Of a stretch of 64,000 nucleotides of DNA, positions 62,163 to 64,000 are shown in pieces. Position numbers and translations under genes: made by a program. Each line of letters starts with the position of its first letter. Position 1 is the stretch's first letter. The notes beneath the pieces are model-generated. The model was not told the DNA's origin. It did not search any database and was given only the letters and a program-made list of their open reading frames with translations. Origin of the DNA: Trichosphaerium sp. ATCC 40318 (taxonomy: Eukaryota > Protista > Tubulinea); assembly GCA_038496445.1 (NCBI GenBank), contig JALMLS010000257.1:49069-113068 (forward strand), written 5' to 3'.

Positions 62163-63045
62163 CTAAGATATGCCGCAACCCTTTTCTGGTGGTAAAGTGG
62201 CTAATTGAATGAACCAACCACCAGAATAAGATTCTACTTCGCTTTTGGCTTTTTCAGGTGAAATCCAACCACAGTAACCGCCACCAGTTAAACGTATAAC
62301 TTGCTGGTTATTACTTACTACAGCAGAACCTTTTGAGGAGCATCCAGCATGAGTGAATGATGACACGACTGTGAAAGGAGTATCTCTTAAATCAATAAGA
62401 CCTCGTCCGTCATCTCTTTGCATAGCTTCACAACCAAAGCACGTGCCATATGGCACCAGTGTCTGTTTTACAGCTGCTTTATCATGATGTGACACGTGTC
62501 CTGTTGTCCGGGAAAATGTGCCATTTCCATTATTCACAAACAAAGTCAAAGGATTGACTTCTATTTTGTACCTACAGCAGTTTATTTAACAAAATACTAG
62601 CTTAAGCAGGTACGTTGCAACTTAAAGAAAAAAGTCTAAAAAAAGAAACAATAAAAAAACACAAAAAGTGTTTTGGCTTTATTTTTATCGTACCAGTAAG
62701 TTATCATGTCTGAATCGCTTTTATTCCATGGACTACGCACAGGTAGCTTATACATACATGTTTGAGGTCGTTTCAGAGTTATATAGTATTTCTTTTTGTA
62801 AACCAAGAAATTGTATAGCCTCTCGTTGCCTATTTCGAACGTTTGGTGGCATAGAGACCTTATAAACTTGCTTATTGAGCAAAACGAAAGAAAATCAGCA
62901 ACGCCAAGGTGTTCAGAGACAACCATTAATACTTCAGGAGGTAGAACAGCCTCTACGAACGATTTATAGTCAGTTGCAGGTATAATACGCTTTAAAACAA
63001 CTAAAAAGTAGTTTGTTGCGCACGTTCGTGTGAAGAATCTGTCAT
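62163..63045 (-). CDS. F-box + GON-like domain protein (3 exons)
   Basis: LPPEVLMVVSEHLGVADFLSFCSISK F-box; YYITL...TYW|YKIEVNPLTL...TFSRTT...VPYGT...GLIDLRDTPF...LTGGGYCGWISP GON-like pattern. Confidence 0.65.
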
Positions 63046-63362
63046 AGTGATTGCTTGTGCTAAGGTTATCTTTTGACAAAGGCTTAGTCAGCTATTAAGT
63101 CTTCCAGATAACCTAAGCTCGTGCACTTATTTCTGAGATGTTGCTACTGTCTATTATACGTTAGAAGGAATTGAACCAGTTTTGTAAATACAATAATGCC
63201 AAAATAGTGTAATAGGTACAAAAAACTGCTTTTGTATTTCAAAACTCCTTATGGCACGTGTTGACGCAAGTCAATTTTTAGCATGTGCTTTTCTCATGCT
63301 AGGTTATTGATTCATTTTCATGGAGTCTGGTTGGATCAGAAGGTACAGTGTTTAATTTGGTT

Positions 63363-64000
63363 TTACAGTTCATTTTTTGATAGTCGTCTAACACATCTTT
63401 TTCTATATTGCCAAACAGGTGCCTGTATTTGACCTTCACCTATTGGTGGAGGTGTAGGTGTTGGTGATTGTGTAGTTGGAGGTAATGCCATTGGTGGTGG
63501 CATTGTAGTGGGATGTGAGGTTGTTGGTGGTAAAGTAGTTGGTGGAAGTGTTGTTGGTGGGAGAGTTGTAGTCGTTGGCGGTAGTGTAGTTGGTGGGAGC
63601 GTTGTAGGCGGAACTGTTGACGGTGGAAGTGTTGTTGGAGGCAGCGTTGTAGGCGGTAGTGTGGTTGGAGGCAATGTTGTAGGAGGTAGTGTAGTAGGTG
63701 GAAGCGTTGTAGGTGGCAAAGTAGTAGGCGGTAGTGTAGTGGGAGCTAATGTTGTTGGTGGAAGCGTTGTAGGAGGCAATGTGGTGGGAGGGAGAGTCAT
63801 TGGTGGAAGTGTTGTTGGAGGGAGAGTTGTAGGTGGTAGTGTCGTTGGCGGTAGTGTAGATGGTGGGAGCGTTGTTGGCGGCAGTGTTGTTGGTGGCAGT
63901 GTTGATGGTGGAAGTGTTGTTGGAGGCAGCGTTGTAGGCGGAAGTGTCGTTGGAAGTAATGTTGTAGGAGGTAGTGTGGTTGGTGGTAAAGTGGTTGGTG
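63363..64000 (-). CDS. Mucin/extensin-like Pro-Thr-rich protein, 5'-partial
   Basis: More than 35 PPTTL pentapeptide repeats (15-nt units with synonymous variation) running off the window end. Confidence 0.75.
   Translation of the reverse strand, partial: PTTLPPTTLPPTTLLPTTLPPTTLPPTTLPPSTLPPTTLPPTTLPPSTLPPTTLPPTTLPPTTLPPMTLPPTTLPPTTLPPTTLAPTTLPPTTLPPTTLPPTTLPPTTLPPTTLPPTTLPPTTLPPSTVPPTTLPPTTLPPTTTTLPPTTLPPTTLPPTTSHPTTMPPPMALPPTTQSPTPTPPPIGEGQIQAPVWQYRKRCVRRLSKNEL

Noticed and set aside
63001-63023. Possible 23-nt intron in the F-box/GON gene
   Set aside because: An acceptor at 62953 with a CTGAC branch site gives a normal 71-nt intron in the right phase.

Overview
AT-rich (roughly one-third GC by eye), gene-dense, intron-rich EUKARYOTIC DNA, probably from a free-living amoeboid protist (inference from gene content). 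The six-frame ORF track mostly shows exon fragments, so I rebuilt genes by hand from GT(ACG)...AG introns, which are mostly 40-60 nt; exon boundaries and some gene ends are approximate. About 27 protein-coding genes: F-box/LRR x2, HMG-box, FG-repeat Sec23-ZnF/vWA, C-type lectin, PA-domain/LVIVD protein, F-box/MORN x2, arylsulfatase, ependymin-like, epoxide hydrolase, glycosyltransferase, divergent actin, ricin-B lectin, Rieske oxygenase, DENN, MRH lectin, ankyrin-PARP, BRCT, MAP2K, MYND, F-box/GON and a mucin-like gene. Two young mobile elements: a hAT MITE with a perfect 8-bp TSD and a 5'-truncated RNase H non-LTR retroelement. Highlights: (1) an ankyrin-ADP-ribosyltransferase gene whose sensor is a recombining array of 99-nt one-repeat exons varying at ligand-contact positions; (2) the retroelement ends in a 3-way-junction RNA structure and a sense-strand poly(T) tail; (3) about 10-fold excess of CACGTG; (4) long introns that fold into hairpins. 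No rRNA, tRNA or CRISPR recognised.
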